This document shows, in pieces, positions 47,790-57,924 of a stretch of DNA of 64,000 nt. Each line of letters opens with the position of its first letter. Within the stretch, counting starts at the first letter, position 1. The stretch spans positions 1 to 64,000 of the forward strand of contig NZ_JBQCIV010000136.1 of assembly GCF_051953405.1 (NCBI RefSeq). The letters run 5' to 3'. The notes below the pieces were generated by a model, which did not search any database, had not been told where the DNA came from, and worked only from the letters and a program-made list of their open reading frames with translations. The DNA is from Trinickia sp. (lineage in GTDB: Bacteria > Pseudomonadota > Gammaproteobacteria > Burkholderiales > Burkholderiaceae). A program made the position numbers and the translations under genes.

Positions 47790-48722
47790 ATGCCCGAATT
47801 GCGCGACGTCAACCTGAATCGGCTCGTCGTATTCGCCGCCGTGGTGGAAGCGGGGTCCTTGAGCGCGGCAGCCGAACGGCTGGGCTTGGCGAAGACGATG
47901 GTGAGTGCCCACATTCAACGGCTCGAAGCCGAGGTGGGCGCGACGTTGATCGTGCGCACCACGCGGCGGTCGAATTTGACCGAGGCTGGACAGACGCTCT
48001 ACGAGGCAAGCCGCGAATGTGTCCGAGCGGCGAGCGACGCGCTGGCCGCGATCTCGGACACGTCCGGGCCGCTGCGCGGCCTCGTGCGCGTGGCCTCGCC
48101 CATCGATTACGGCGAACTCGTTGTGACGCCGGCGCTGGCGGCGTTGCGGCGCGCGCATCCGGCGCTCGACGTCGAACTCATTTGCGGCGACAGCTATGCC
48201 GACCTGGTGGCCGAGCGGATTGACGTTGCGGTTCGATTGGGCAACTTGAAGGATTCGAGTTACCGCTCGGCGCGGCTGGGCCAATACCTTCGATGGATCG
48301 TCGCCAGCCCCGCGTTCCTCGCCGGCCGCCGGCTGCCCGAATCGCCGCTCGACCTAGGCACGTTGCCGTTCGTCGCCATGACGACGATGCCGCATCCGTA
48401 TTTGCTTTCGCTGTGCGATGCGAGCGGGCAGCGTGCGCGCGTGCGCTGCAAGCGCGCGTTCCTCGCGAACACGGCCAGTGCTTGCCGTGCCGCCACTCTA
48501 GCCGGAGCGGGATTCGCAATGCTGACGGATTTCTCGATCGGAGCAGATTTGGCCGCGGGGCGCCTCGTGCGCTTGTTGCCGCAATGGGCCGGCGAACCCG
48601 CGGCGATTCAAGCTGTCTTTCCTTCGACTCGGCAACCGTCGCCGAAGGTGGCCGCCGTGATCGATGCGTTGCGGGCGTACTTGGGCCAGGCGGATCAGCC
48701 GCGCACGAGCGCGCGCCGGTAA
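47790..48722 (+). CDS. LysR-family transcriptional regulator
   Basis: LNRLVVFAAVVEAGSLSAAAERLGLAKTMVSAHIQRLE. Confidence 0.85.
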   Translation: MPELRDVNLNRLVVFAAVVEAGSLSAAAERLGLAKTMVSAHIQRLEAEVGATLIVRTTRRSNLTEAGQTLYEASRECVRAASDALAAISDTSGPLRGLVRVASPIDYGELVVTPALAALRRAHPALDVELICGDSYADLVAERIDVAVRLGNLKDSSYRSARLGQYLRWIVASPAFLAGRRLPESPLDLGTLPFVAMTTMPHPYLLSLCDASGQRARVRCKRAFLANTASACRAATLAGAGFAMLTDFSIGADLAAGRLVRLLPQWAGEPAAIQAVFPSTRQPSPKVAAVIDALRAYLGQADQPRTSARR

Positions 48723-49561
48723 GCCAGCGGCGAGGCCCCGACGGCGGCTCGGAAACGATGGCCGAAGTGGCTCGCATTCGCATAGCCCGTGCGCGCGGCG
48801 ATTTCATCGACGGGCAGCGTCGTCGTGCGCAGCAGTGTCCGCGCGAGATCGGCCCGTCGCTCGGCGATCCACGCATTCGGCGGCATGCCGAACGAGGCGC
48901 GGAACATGCGCGATAGATGAAATTCGGACAAGCATGCGACATCCGATAGGTCGCCGAGGGTGACCTTGTCGGCCACATGCGCATCGATGTAATCGCGCAG
49001 CCGGCGCCTAACGGACGGCGCGAGCCCGCCCTTGACCGATGCGTCGTGGCGGCGCGTCGCCTGGCTGCGCAACAGCAAGCTCAGGATTTCGTGCGCGGTT
49101 TCGTTCGCCCGCAGGCGCTCGTCCGGCGCCTCCCACGGGTGGGCGGCCAACGAATGGCAGAGCGCAGCCATGTGCGCGTCTTCGAAGTAAGTGCGGTCCG
49201 CCAACGTCAGTTCGCGCGGTTCGCGATCGAGTTCGTGGACGGCGCGCCGCGTGAAATGCTCGGGCAGGAAATACAGATGCAGGAAGTGCATGTGGCCCCG
49301 CACCCACCAGCGCGATTCGTGATCGCCCGGCAGCGCGCACAGCCGCTGCGGCGCGCCGTATTGGCCCGGCAGCTTCTGACGCTCCGTGCGATAGCCGCCG
49401 TTCAGGTAGCAAGACAGCGTGTGATGGCCCGGTTGGTCGTAGGCGGTTTCGTCTTCGACGATATCGCGCCGCCAGATGGCTGCGGCCAGGCGGTCGCCAA
49501 GCCAAGCGAAGCGCTCCAGCGTCGCATTGGCGTTGGCCAGCGTCACGCCGACTGAATGCAT
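48695..49561 (-). CDS. AraC-family transcriptional regulator (start chosen at internal Met; track ORF extends to 49816)
   Basis: C-terminal AraC HTH (LSEFHLSRMFRASFGMPPNAWIAERR...ARTGYANASHFGHRFR). Confidence 0.75.
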   Translation of the reverse strand: MHSVGVTLANANATLERFAWLGDRLAAAIWRRDIVEDETAYDQPGHHTLSCYLNGGYRTERQKLPGQYGAPQRLCALPGDHESRWWVRGHMHFLHLYFLPEHFTRRAVHELDREPRELTLADRTYFEDAHMAALCHSLAAHPWEAPDERLRANETAHEILSLLLRSQATRRHDASVKGGLAPSVRRRLRDYIDAHVADKVTLGDLSDVACLSEFHLSRMFRASFGMPPNAWIAERRADLARTLLRTTTLPVDEIAARTGYANASHFGHRFRAAVGASPLAYRRALVRG

Positions 49562-49814
49562 CCCGAACGGGGCGGCATCGGCGCGCGCAGCGTCGGCGTT
49601 GGCGGGGGCAAAGGGGCTCGCGGTCACGGCGGCAGCGGGGCGAATCGGATCGAGAGGGAAATGAGCGAATGTGCCGAGTATAGAGAAAGCCGGCGCCGCT
49701 TGCCGGCCACCTCGAATAAAACCGCAAGGATAGACAACGCGACCCCCCATCCTCGATTGCATAGTGGAGGACCGGCGCGCGGGATCGGCTCGCGCAACGT
49801 CAGCGATATTTGCC

Positions 49815-50723
49815 ATGAACCTGCTGCTTTATCTGACTACCGTGCTCATTTGGGGCACGACCTGGATCGCCATCAAGTGGCAGACCGGTGTCGTCGCGCC
49901 CCCGGTCTCGATCGCGTTCCGGTTTATCTTGGCGTCCATCGTCATGCTCGCGATCGTGCGCCTCATGCGCCGTCCGCTGCGGCCGCCGCGCGCCGCTTGG
50001 CCGCTGCTGTTCGCGCAAGGGCTTGCGCTGTTTTGCTGCAATTTTTTGTGCTTTTACTACGCCGAGCAGATCGTGCCGAGCGGGCTCGTCGCCGTCGTGT
50101 TCTCCACGGCGCCGCTGTTCAACGCCATCAACGGACGCGTCTTCATGGGCCGCGCGCTGCAGCCCAGCGCGATTCTCGGCGCCGTCCTCGGGCTCGTCGG
50201 CATCTTGTGCTTGTTCGCGCCGCAGATGGCGGGGCATGCCGGCGATCGTACCCTGTGGCTCGGTTTGGGGGTGACGCTCGTCGGCACGATGTGTTTTTCG
50301 GCGGGCAACCTGCTGTCGAGCCGCATGCAATCGATGGGGCTGCATCCGACCGTGACGAACGGCTGGGCGATGCTGATCGGGGCGAGCATCTTGACGCTCG
50401 GCTCTCTGGCGGCGGGCTTCTCGTTTCAACCGGAGTGGACGCCGCGATACTTCGGCGCGCTGCTCTATTTGGCCGTGCCGGGTTCCGTGATCGGTTTTAC
50501 CACCTACCTGACGCTCGTGGGCCGCATCGGCCCCGAGCGCGCCGCCTACTGCACCGTGTTGTTCCCGTTCGTGGCGCTTGCCGTTTCGACCGTTTTCGAG
50601 GGCTATCGGTGGTCGGTGCCGGCCGCGGTAGGCTTGGCGCTCGTCGTGGTCGGCAACCTCGTTGCCTTCGGGATGTTCCGGGCGTGGCCGCTGTTTGGGC
50701 GGCGCGAGCGCGCGCTGAGATAG
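49815..50723 (+). CDS. EamA/DMT-family transporter
   Basis: 10-TMS duplicated EamA pattern. Confidence 0.8.
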   Translation: MNLLLYLTTVLIWGTTWIAIKWQTGVVAPPVSIAFRFILASIVMLAIVRLMRRPLRPPRAAWPLLFAQGLALFCCNFLCFYYAEQIVPSGLVAVVFSTAPLFNAINGRVFMGRALQPSAILGAVLGLVGILCLFAPQMAGHAGDRTLWLGLGVTLVGTMCFSAGNLLSSRMQSMGLHPTVTNGWAMLIGASILTLGSLAAGFSFQPEWTPRYFGALLYLAVPGSVIGFTTYLTLVGRIGPERAAYCTVLFPFVALAVSTVFEGYRWSVPAAVGLALVVVGNLVAFGMFRAWPLFGRRERALR

Positions 50724-50920
50724 TTTCGGTCCGGGTCGCGGGCCGGCTTGCGCGGTACGGCGGCCGGCTCGCGGTCCTTTTTTTTCGGACATGGCCGTCG
50801 CGGGGCCGATTGCGCGTTACCTTCGCCGATCGTTCGCGGTGTGCCTGCCGATTGTCTATTGCCGATCGTTGATCATCGATCGTCGATGGTCGGGTGCGCC
50901 GCCCGCACGGGAGGCCCGCC

Positions 50921-51658
50921 ATGCTCGATATCGAAGATTCAACCGAAACGGACGCATCGCCCGAAGGGCGGATTCTGATCGTCGACGACGATGCGCTCGC
51001 CCGTTTCATCCTCGCCGATCAACTGGACGCGCTGGGCTGTCGATGCGTCGATACTGCGGCCGACGGCATCGAGGCGCTCAGGCAGGCGCTCGTTCGTCCG
51101 TACGAACTCGTCATCACGGATTTGTGCATGCCCAACATGGGTGGCCAACGCTTGCTGGCCGCCTTGCGCACGCATGGCCTGCATATGCCGGTCGTCGCCG
51201 GCACCGCGTGGCGCGAGCCGGCAGCCGCGGGAACGAACGGCGCGCCGCCCGACGCGGCGTCGCTCGCCGGCTTTGCGGCGGTGCTGCGCAAGCCGATTTC
51301 GATCGCGCAATTGCAGCAATTGCTGCGCGCGCACCTCGGCGAGACGCGGTTCGGCCGAGATCGCACCGCGCCTGCGGCTGGCGCGCGCCGCGCGTTGCAG
51401 GCTGCGTTCTGCGCGGCGTGGCCCGAGGACGAGAAGGCGCTGCGGGCCGCATTGGCCGCGCTCGATACGCGCGCTATGCGCGAGCGACTTCATCGGCTTC
51501 ACGGGGCGCTGGCCGTTCTCGGCGAAGCGCGCGCCCGGCGCGCTTGCACGCAGTTGCAGCAGCGGATTGCGCGGGAAGGCCTCGAGCCGCATGTCGCCCG
51601 CATCGAACGCTTTATGCACCTGTGCGCGCGTATCGGTCGAGACTCGCCGCACGGTTGA
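50921..51658 (+). CDS. response regulator receiver protein with C-terminal helical (HPt-like) domain
   Basis: REC motifs (ILIVDDD, ITDLCMP, K at LRKP); GGGAGG SD. Confidence 0.65.
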   Translation: MLDIEDSTETDASPEGRILIVDDDALARFILADQLDALGCRCVDTAADGIEALRQALVRPYELVITDLCMPNMGGQRLLAALRTHGLHMPVVAGTAWREPAAAGTNGAPPDAASLAGFAAVLRKPISIAQLQQLLRAHLGETRFGRDRTAPAAGARRALQAAFCAAWPEDEKALRAALAALDTRAMRERLHRLHGALAVLGEARARRACTQLQQRIAREGLEPHVARIERFMHLCARIGRDSPHG

Positions 51659-51896
51659 CCGCTCGCGAGCGGCGGCGCGCCGAGCGAGCGGTCGGGACGG
51701 GCAGCGGGCAACGGGCAACGGGCAGCTCAGGGCGGGCACCGGATTTGCTCGCATGGGTTAGGGTCGGTTCACCCCTGCAAACGCGGTCGAACGCACATCG
51801 GCGGCTGGCGCGGCTAGGGCATGCCGCGCACACTGAGAGCCACGGCTGCGCGAATGTCCGCCGCGGTGCGCGAAGCCATTGCCTGAGGAGCAGACG

Positions 51897-52919
51897 ATGC
51901 AAAACGAGCGTGCATTGCAATCCACCATCGAAGCCATCGTGCAGGACGGCCGTGGCCTGCTCGCCGCGGACGAAAGCGGCCCCACGATCGCGAAGCGATT
52001 CAAGACGATCGACGTCGAATCGACCGAGGAAAACCGGCGCGCCTGGCGCACGCTGCTGCTGTCCACGCCGGGGCTCGGCCAATACGTGAGCGGCGTGATT
52101 CTCTATGAGGAAACGCTGGGCCAGAAGGCGGACGACGGCGAACCGCTGCCGAGCTTGGCGGCGCGCCAGGGCATTGTGCCGGGCATCAAAGTCGATACGG
52201 GCAAGATCGCGCTCGCGCACGCGAGCGGCGACGAAATCACCCAAGGACTCGATGGCCTCGCCGGGCGCCTCGAGCGGTACAAGGCGCAGGGCGCGCGCTT
52301 TGCGAAGTGGCGTGCCGTCTACAACGTGTCGGAGACGTTGCCGAGCCCGCTGGCGGTGGAGGCCAACGCCGAATCGCTCGCACGCTATGCCGCCATCTGC
52401 CAGGAAGCGGGCATCGTGCCGATCGTCGAGCCGGAGGTGTTGATGGACGGCGACCATTGCATCGATCGTTGTGCGCGGGTGACCGAAATCGTCTTGCACG
52501 CCGTGTTTCATGCCTTGCATCGGCATGCGGTCGTACTCGAACACATGCTGCTCAAGCCGAGCATGGTCGTTGCCGGAAAGGGGCATGCCCGCCAAGCGGC
52601 CATGGACGAGGTCGCCGCGCGTACCGTCGCCGTGCTCGGCCGCACGGTGCCGCCGGCTGTCGCGGGAATCTATTTCCTCTCGGGCGGGCAGACACCGGCG
52701 GAAGCGACCGCTCATCTGAATGCGATCAACCGCACGGGGCGGCGGCCTTGGCCGCTCAGTTTTTCTTATGGGCGCGCGCTGCAAGAGCCGCCGCTCGCGG
52801 CCTGGCGAGGCAAGCCCGAAAACGTCGAGGCGGCGCAGCAGGCGCTGCTCGTGCGCGCGCGGCTCAATAGCGCTGCCGCGCGTGGAAGCTATTCAGGCGA
52901 AGACCCATCGTCAGCGTGA
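51897..52919 (+). CDS. fructose-bisphosphate aldolase, class I
   Basis: GLLAADESGPTIAKRF and Schiff-base region; GAGGAG SD. Confidence 0.85.
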   Translation: MQNERALQSTIEAIVQDGRGLLAADESGPTIAKRFKTIDVESTEENRRAWRTLLLSTPGLGQYVSGVILYEETLGQKADDGEPLPSLAARQGIVPGIKVDTGKIALAHASGDEITQGLDGLAGRLERYKAQGARFAKWRAVYNVSETLPSPLAVEANAESLARYAAICQEAGIVPIVEPEVLMDGDHCIDRCARVTEIVLHAVFHALHRHAVVLEHMLLKPSMVVAGKGHARQAAMDEVAARTVAVLGRTVPPAVAGIYFLSGGQTPAEATAHLNAINRTGRRPWPLSFSYGRALQEPPLAAWRGKPENVEAAQQALLVRARLNSAAARGSYSGEDPSSA

Positions 52920-52969
52920 GGGAGCGGTGGCCGCGAGGCCATACTGCGCGCCGCGGCCACGTGCTCGCC

Positions 52970-54628
52970 TTAGTGCATCGCCATCTGCACGACCTTGACA
53001 ATCACGAGGCCGACGGCGATCACGAGATAGCCGCGCAATGCGCCCATCCACAACCGCGTGGCGAACGTGAGTTTCGGCTGTGCCAATTCGTCGAGCGGCG
53101 GCATACGCCACGTGTCGCGCAGCGCGCGATTGGCGGCACGCGTCGCGACCGGCTCGCGCTCGGCCGCCGCGGCGGAACCGTCGCGGCGGCGCGTGAATTC
53201 GACGCCGAGATAGCCGAGGGCGAACAGGGCAATCCCGCCGCCGAGAATCCAGAGGATCGCCTCGCCCGAGATGTCCGGGAACACCGTCGCGGCCGTGAGG
53301 ATGATCGAGAGGACGACAAGCACTGCGATCACCGCGCCCGTGAACAGGTTCAGGCGTTTCGAATTGACCCAAGGACCGAGCACGGCCTTATCGTTGCACA
53401 GCAGCAGCAAAAACACCGTGGCGCTCGGCAGCAGCACGCCCGCGAGCGTCTGCACCGCCTCGGTCAGCAGCCCGAGGGGGCTGCCGGGCATCAGCACGAG
53501 CGCGGCGGCGAGCGCCACGATGCCGAAGTAGACGAGGTAAAAGCCTTTGGCATCGAGCACGCTACGATGCAACGAATGGCGGATCTTGAAGACATCGCCG
53601 ATCGCATAAGCCGTCGACAACGAGACGGCCGCGGCGCCGATGATCGAGGCGTCGAGCAGTGCCACCGCGAAGATCGTGGCGGACGTTTCGCCGACGTACT
53701 TGTGCAGCCCGCCAATCACACCGCTCGCATCGGTGAACTGCCCGAACTCGGGCCGGCCGCCGAACAGCGCGGCGGTGAACGCCATCATCGCGACCGCACC
53801 GACGATCACGAATGCGATCCCGATCCACAAGTCGATCTTCTCGTACTTCATGAAGCGCGGCGTAATGCGCTTGTCGATGACGTAGCTCTGTTGGAAGAAC
53901 AATTGCCACGGTGCGACCGTTGTGCCGACGATGCCGATCACGAGCAGCATGACGTCGGACAGCTTCGACTGCTTCGGCCAGCTCGGCACGACGAAGTCGC
54001 GCGCGATGGTGCTCACCGGCGGATGGATCGAGACGAGGACCGGCACGAGCAGCAGGCTCAGCAAGCACAGCACGATAGCGAAACGCTCGAAGCGGCGGAA
54101 GTCGCCCGTGCTGACCGCGGCCATCGTCAACACCGCGGCGATGCATACGCCGAGCACTTTCGATACGCCCAGGAAATCGAGGGCGAAGGTGATGCCGATG
54201 AACTCGGTGACGATCGTCAGCGCGTTGAGCAGGAACAGATCGATGACGCTGAATGCGCCCCAGAACTTGCCGAAGCGCTGGAAGATGAGCCGTGCATGGC
54301 CGACGCCGGTCACGGCGCCTAACCGCAGCACCATTTCCTGATTGACGTAGAGCACGGGGATCAGCAACGCGAGCGTCCACAGCAGCGTGGTGCCGTAGTT
54401 CTGGCCGGCTTGCGTGTAGGTGCCGAATGCGCCGGCGTCGTTGTCGCCGACCATGACGATGAGCCCCGGGCCGAGGATGGCGAGTAGCGTGCGCAGGCGC
54501 GCGGCCCAGTTGCGGCGGGGCGCGGTGTCGTGATGGGCGATCGTGCCGAAGGCCCCTCTGATGTCGCCGGTGTGGGCGTCGTCGAGCACGGCGCTACGTG
54601 CGGACGAGACGTTGGCAGGCGTGGACAT
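52970..54628 (-). CDS. second Nramp-family divalent metal transporter with extended C-terminus
   Basis: Nramp TM pattern; paralog of mntH at 44423-45730. Confidence 0.75.
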   Translation of the reverse strand: MSTPANVSSARSAVLDDAHTGDIRGAFGTIAHHDTAPRRNWAARLRTLLAILGPGLIVMVGDNDAGAFGTYTQAGQNYGTTLLWTLALLIPVLYVNQEMVLRLGAVTGVGHARLIFQRFGKFWGAFSVIDLFLLNALTIVTEFIGITFALDFLGVSKVLGVCIAAVLTMAAVSTGDFRRFERFAIVLCLLSLLLVPVLVSIHPPVSTIARDFVVPSWPKQSKLSDVMLLVIGIVGTTVAPWQLFFQQSYVIDKRITPRFMKYEKIDLWIGIAFVIVGAVAMMAFTAALFGGRPEFGQFTDASGVIGGLHKYVGETSATIFAVALLDASIIGAAAVSLSTAYAIGDVFKIRHSLHRSVLDAKGFYLVYFGIVALAAALVLMPGSPLGLLTEAVQTLAGVLLPSATVFLLLLCNDKAVLGPWVNSKRLNLFTGAVIAVLVVLSIILTAATVFPDISGEAILWILGGGIALFALGYLGVEFTRRRDGSAAAAEREPVATRAANRALRDTWRMPPLDELAQPKLTFATRLWMGALRGYLVIAVGLVIVKVVQMAMH

Positions 54629-54736
54629 TTTCGTTTTCCTTGGGTGTTGCGTCGATGTTCTCGATGTTCTATTTGCTGTTCGATGCGGGCCGCCGAGCGT
54701 GTGTGAGGCGAAGTGGGGGCGGCCCGTCGCGCACCG

Positions 54737-54895
54737 TTAGCCGACGAGCCTCAGCCGTGCGGCGATGCCGGCGAGGCAGCGCGCGACCGTTTGTCGGACG
54801 CGGTGCAGTTGCGCGGCGCGAGCGAGAACGTCGGGATAGTTGCCGTACGAATCGGCGACGTGGGGCAGTTGCGAGACGAGAAGAGAGAAGTACAT
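54737..54895 (-). CDS. small hypothetical protein (52 aa, MYFSLLVSQLPHVADSYGNYPDVLARAAQLHRVRQTVARCLAGIAARLRLVG); not in the supplied ORF track because it is under 60 aa
   Basis: AAGGA SD 7 nt upstream of the ATG; high-GC3 codon usage consistent with the genome. Confidence 0.35.
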   Translation of the reverse strand: MYFSLLVSQLPHVADSYGNYPDVLARAAQLHRVRQTVARCLAGIAARLRLVG

Positions 54896-56219
54896 GGCAA
54901 TTCCTTCGAGATCGAATTCGTGAAACCGGGGTAGGGCCTGACTTTCAAGGCCCGTCGGTCTCGACTCGCTCGCGCCGCGATTAAGAGCGGCTCAAAGCGC
55001 GAAGGAACGCATGCGGCCTCGGTTCAGGCGATGCTGTCGGCGTTCGTGGGCGAACGCCTGGTCGAAGATCGACTAGGGTCGGGATCGGTCACGGCGGACT
55101 CCTTGTTCGCGAGGCACATACGCCAGGGGCGTACGTATCGGTTCATCGGCACGGAGGCTACTGCGCTTTAGATAAGCGCATTGCCGGCGCATACAGGCGT
55201 TGTCGCGAACGCACGCCGTTCGCGGCAACGCACCGCCCAGCGCCGCCAGTGCGAACGAACGCGAACGAAAGCGAACGAACGCAAAGCGGCGCCGAACGGC
55301 GTGTTGGCCATTCGAAATCGATGCGCGAAAAAGCTAGGAAGAGACTGCGATGCGCACCGTCTGCCTGTTGGCATGACGGCGGCTAAAAGAAGAATTCAGC
55401 GGGCGTCGTGCCGATCAGGCGGAAACACTGTTCGAAGGTCGACTACTACAACTGTCCAAGGCATATGCCCCATTTGTGGAATTGATTGAATTTTAGTTGT
55501 CGCGCGGAACCAGCGTCAACCCGGATTTTCGGTTGTGCTTAAAAAATCAATGGTTTTGCGTGCGCTGGCACGTGTTCGCTAGGCCAGGCTTGCGACCGCC
55601 TCGGAGGCGGTGAGCATCGACCGTCAGATGCGCGCAACACCAACCGTGCATGATGAAACTCGCCGTACGCGGTGGCGGGGGCGGTCAGCGCGATGTGCGC
55701 GGCCGACGATGCGCGGCTCCCGCTCGCCCACGAAAGATTGCACTTGCGTCATGAAAATAGGTGCGAATAGAATCCGCCCTGTTTTCGGTTTTGAGGAGAG
55801 TCCCTCGTGGACGCAGGTTCTAGTAGTCGATCTTGTTTGCCGGCCCAGCCGGCAGTTCGTTCGCAATAGCGTTTCAGCGACGCTGGACCTCCTTCGCCGC
55901 TGACTCGCTTTGTCGGGTCAGCGCGCTTCTTGCGGAACGTCGATTGCGTTCCGTTCTGTTGCTCGCTCCCATATTCACGGCCGTCCATCGCGTTCGTCTG
56001 AACGTATGCGGCGCTTCGTCCATGCCATTCGTTCGACTTCTCGCCGGACGAACGGGGAGCTTTTATGTACGTCGAACGTTTCTTGCGCATGTCGCGTGAC
56101 TATCTTTGCACGCCGCCGCTTTTGCCGATCCGGCCGCGTCGGCCGAGCGTCTGCCGGAGCCGTGCATATCCGGCCGCCCATATGTCAGCTACCGCCCCAT
56201 TTCCTTCGATAGCCAAGCA

Positions 56220-57776
56220 ATGAATATGATTCGCGCCTCGATTTTCGACATCCGATCCGTCCCAGCCGCCTGCGCGGCCCGTCGCACGCCCGCCCGCCTC
56301 GCGCCGGTTGCCGCGGCCACCCTTGTGCTGCTCGCCACGGTGAGCGGCGTCTCGACATCCGCTCGCGCGCAAACCGCTCCGGCCGCCACGGCGGCGGCCC
56401 CGTCCCCGGCGGCGCCGGAGGGCTCGACGCCGAATGCCGCATCGCCCGATGCGGCCAAAGGCACCCAAGCGGATGCGGCGCCCACTGGGCTGTGGGATCG
56501 CGCGACGCTATTCGGCGACATGGGGGGCGTGCGTACGCTGCTCGGCAATCGCGGTGTCACGTTGAGCTTGCAAGAGACGAGCGAGCTATTCGGCAACTTC
56601 TCCGGCGGCACGCGGCGCGGTCTCGCGTACGACGGTGCGACGCAGTTTGGGTTGAGCGTCGACACCGACAAGGCGATCGGCCTGAAGGGCGGCCAATTCT
56701 TCGTCGACGCGCTGCAAATTCATGGGCACGGCATCACGGCCTCGCATCTATCCACGCTGCAGAGCGTTAGCGGCGTCGAGGCCGAGCCGACGACACGCCT
56801 GTGGGAACTCTGGTATCAGCAGTCGTTCGGCGATGCGTTCGACGTCAAGATCGGCCAGCAAAGTCTCGATCAGGAATTCATCGTCAGTCAATACGGAAGC
56901 GCGTTCTTGAACGCGACGTTCGGCTGGCCCGTGTTGGCCGCCGCCGATATGCCTGCCGGCGGCCCAGCGTATCCGTTGTCGTCGCTGGGTGTCCGCGCGC
57001 GCTACAAGGTGAGCGATGCCGTCACCGTGCTCGGCGGCGTGTTCGACGGCAACCCGGCGCCTGGGATCGGCGACGCGCAAAAGCTCAACGGCAGCGGCAC
57101 GCGCTTTAACTTGCACGACGGGGCTTTGTTCATCGGCGAGCTGCAATACGCGATCGGCCAAGCGCCCGCGCCAGGCGCCGCACCCTCCTCGAACGCATTG
57201 CCCGGGACCTACAAGCTCGGCTTCTGGTACGACAACGCGCGCTTTGCCGATCCGCGTGAAGGAACGGACGGCCTCTCGCTCGCCAATCCCGCGTCGAACG
57301 GCCAGCCGCGGATGCGGCACGGCAACTTCAGCGTCTATGCGGTGGCGGATCAGATGGTATGGCGGCCGAGCCCCGACGCGGCGCGCTCGATCGGTGTCTT
57401 CGCGCGCGTCATGGGTGCGCCCGGCGATCGCAATGCCGTCGATTTCAGCGCCAATGCCGGCGTGGTCATGAAGGCGCCGTTCGCCGGCCGCGACAACGAC
57501 TCCGTCGGCCTGGCACTCGGCTATGCCGATACGGGCTCGCACGCCAGCGCGTTCGATCGCGACACGGGGGCTGCGACGACACCCGGCTATCCCGTGCGCA
57601 CGGCCGAGACGGTGGTGGAGGCGACCTACCAATACCAAGTCGCGCCTTGGTGGCTCGTGCAAGCCGACTTCCAATACTTCTTCCGCCCGGGCGGCGGCGT
57701 GCCCAATCCGAGCGCGGGCGGTGCCCGCATCGGCAACGAGGCGGTGGCGGGCGTCAGAACGGTACTGACGTTTTAA
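56220..57776 (+). CDS. oprB: carbohydrate-selective porin, OprB family
   Basis: Signal peptide, OprB-family beta-barrel pattern ending in an aromatic residue (…RTVLTF). Confidence 0.8.
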   Translation: MNMIRASIFDIRSVPAACAARRTPARLAPVAAATLVLLATVSGVSTSARAQTAPAATAAAPSPAAPEGSTPNAASPDAAKGTQADAAPTGLWDRATLFGDMGGVRTLLGNRGVTLSLQETSELFGNFSGGTRRGLAYDGATQFGLSVDTDKAIGLKGGQFFVDALQIHGHGITASHLSTLQSVSGVEAEPTTRLWELWYQQSFGDAFDVKIGQQSLDQEFIVSQYGSAFLNATFGWPVLAAADMPAGGPAYPLSSLGVRARYKVSDAVTVLGGVFDGNPAPGIGDAQKLNGSGTRFNLHDGALFIGELQYAIGQAPAPGAAPSSNALPGTYKLGFWYDNARFADPREGTDGLSLANPASNGQPRMRHGNFSVYAVADQMVWRPSPDAARSIGVFARVMGAPGDRNAVDFSANAGVVMKAPFAGRDNDSVGLALGYADTGSHASAFDRDTGAATTPGYPVRTAETVVEATYQYQVAPWWLVQADFQYFFRPGGGVPNPSAGGARIGNEAVAGVRTVLTF

Positions 57777-57924
57777 CGTTCGGACCATCGGACCATCGGA
57801 TCGTAGCCTCGGGGTCGATCGGCAGGACAATTCGGCCTGCCGAGCAAAGGGAGTTTGCAAAGCCGGCTCGGCGCACACTCGCCGCTTCGCTACCGAGGCC
57901 GATGTACCCGCCGATTGGCCAGCT

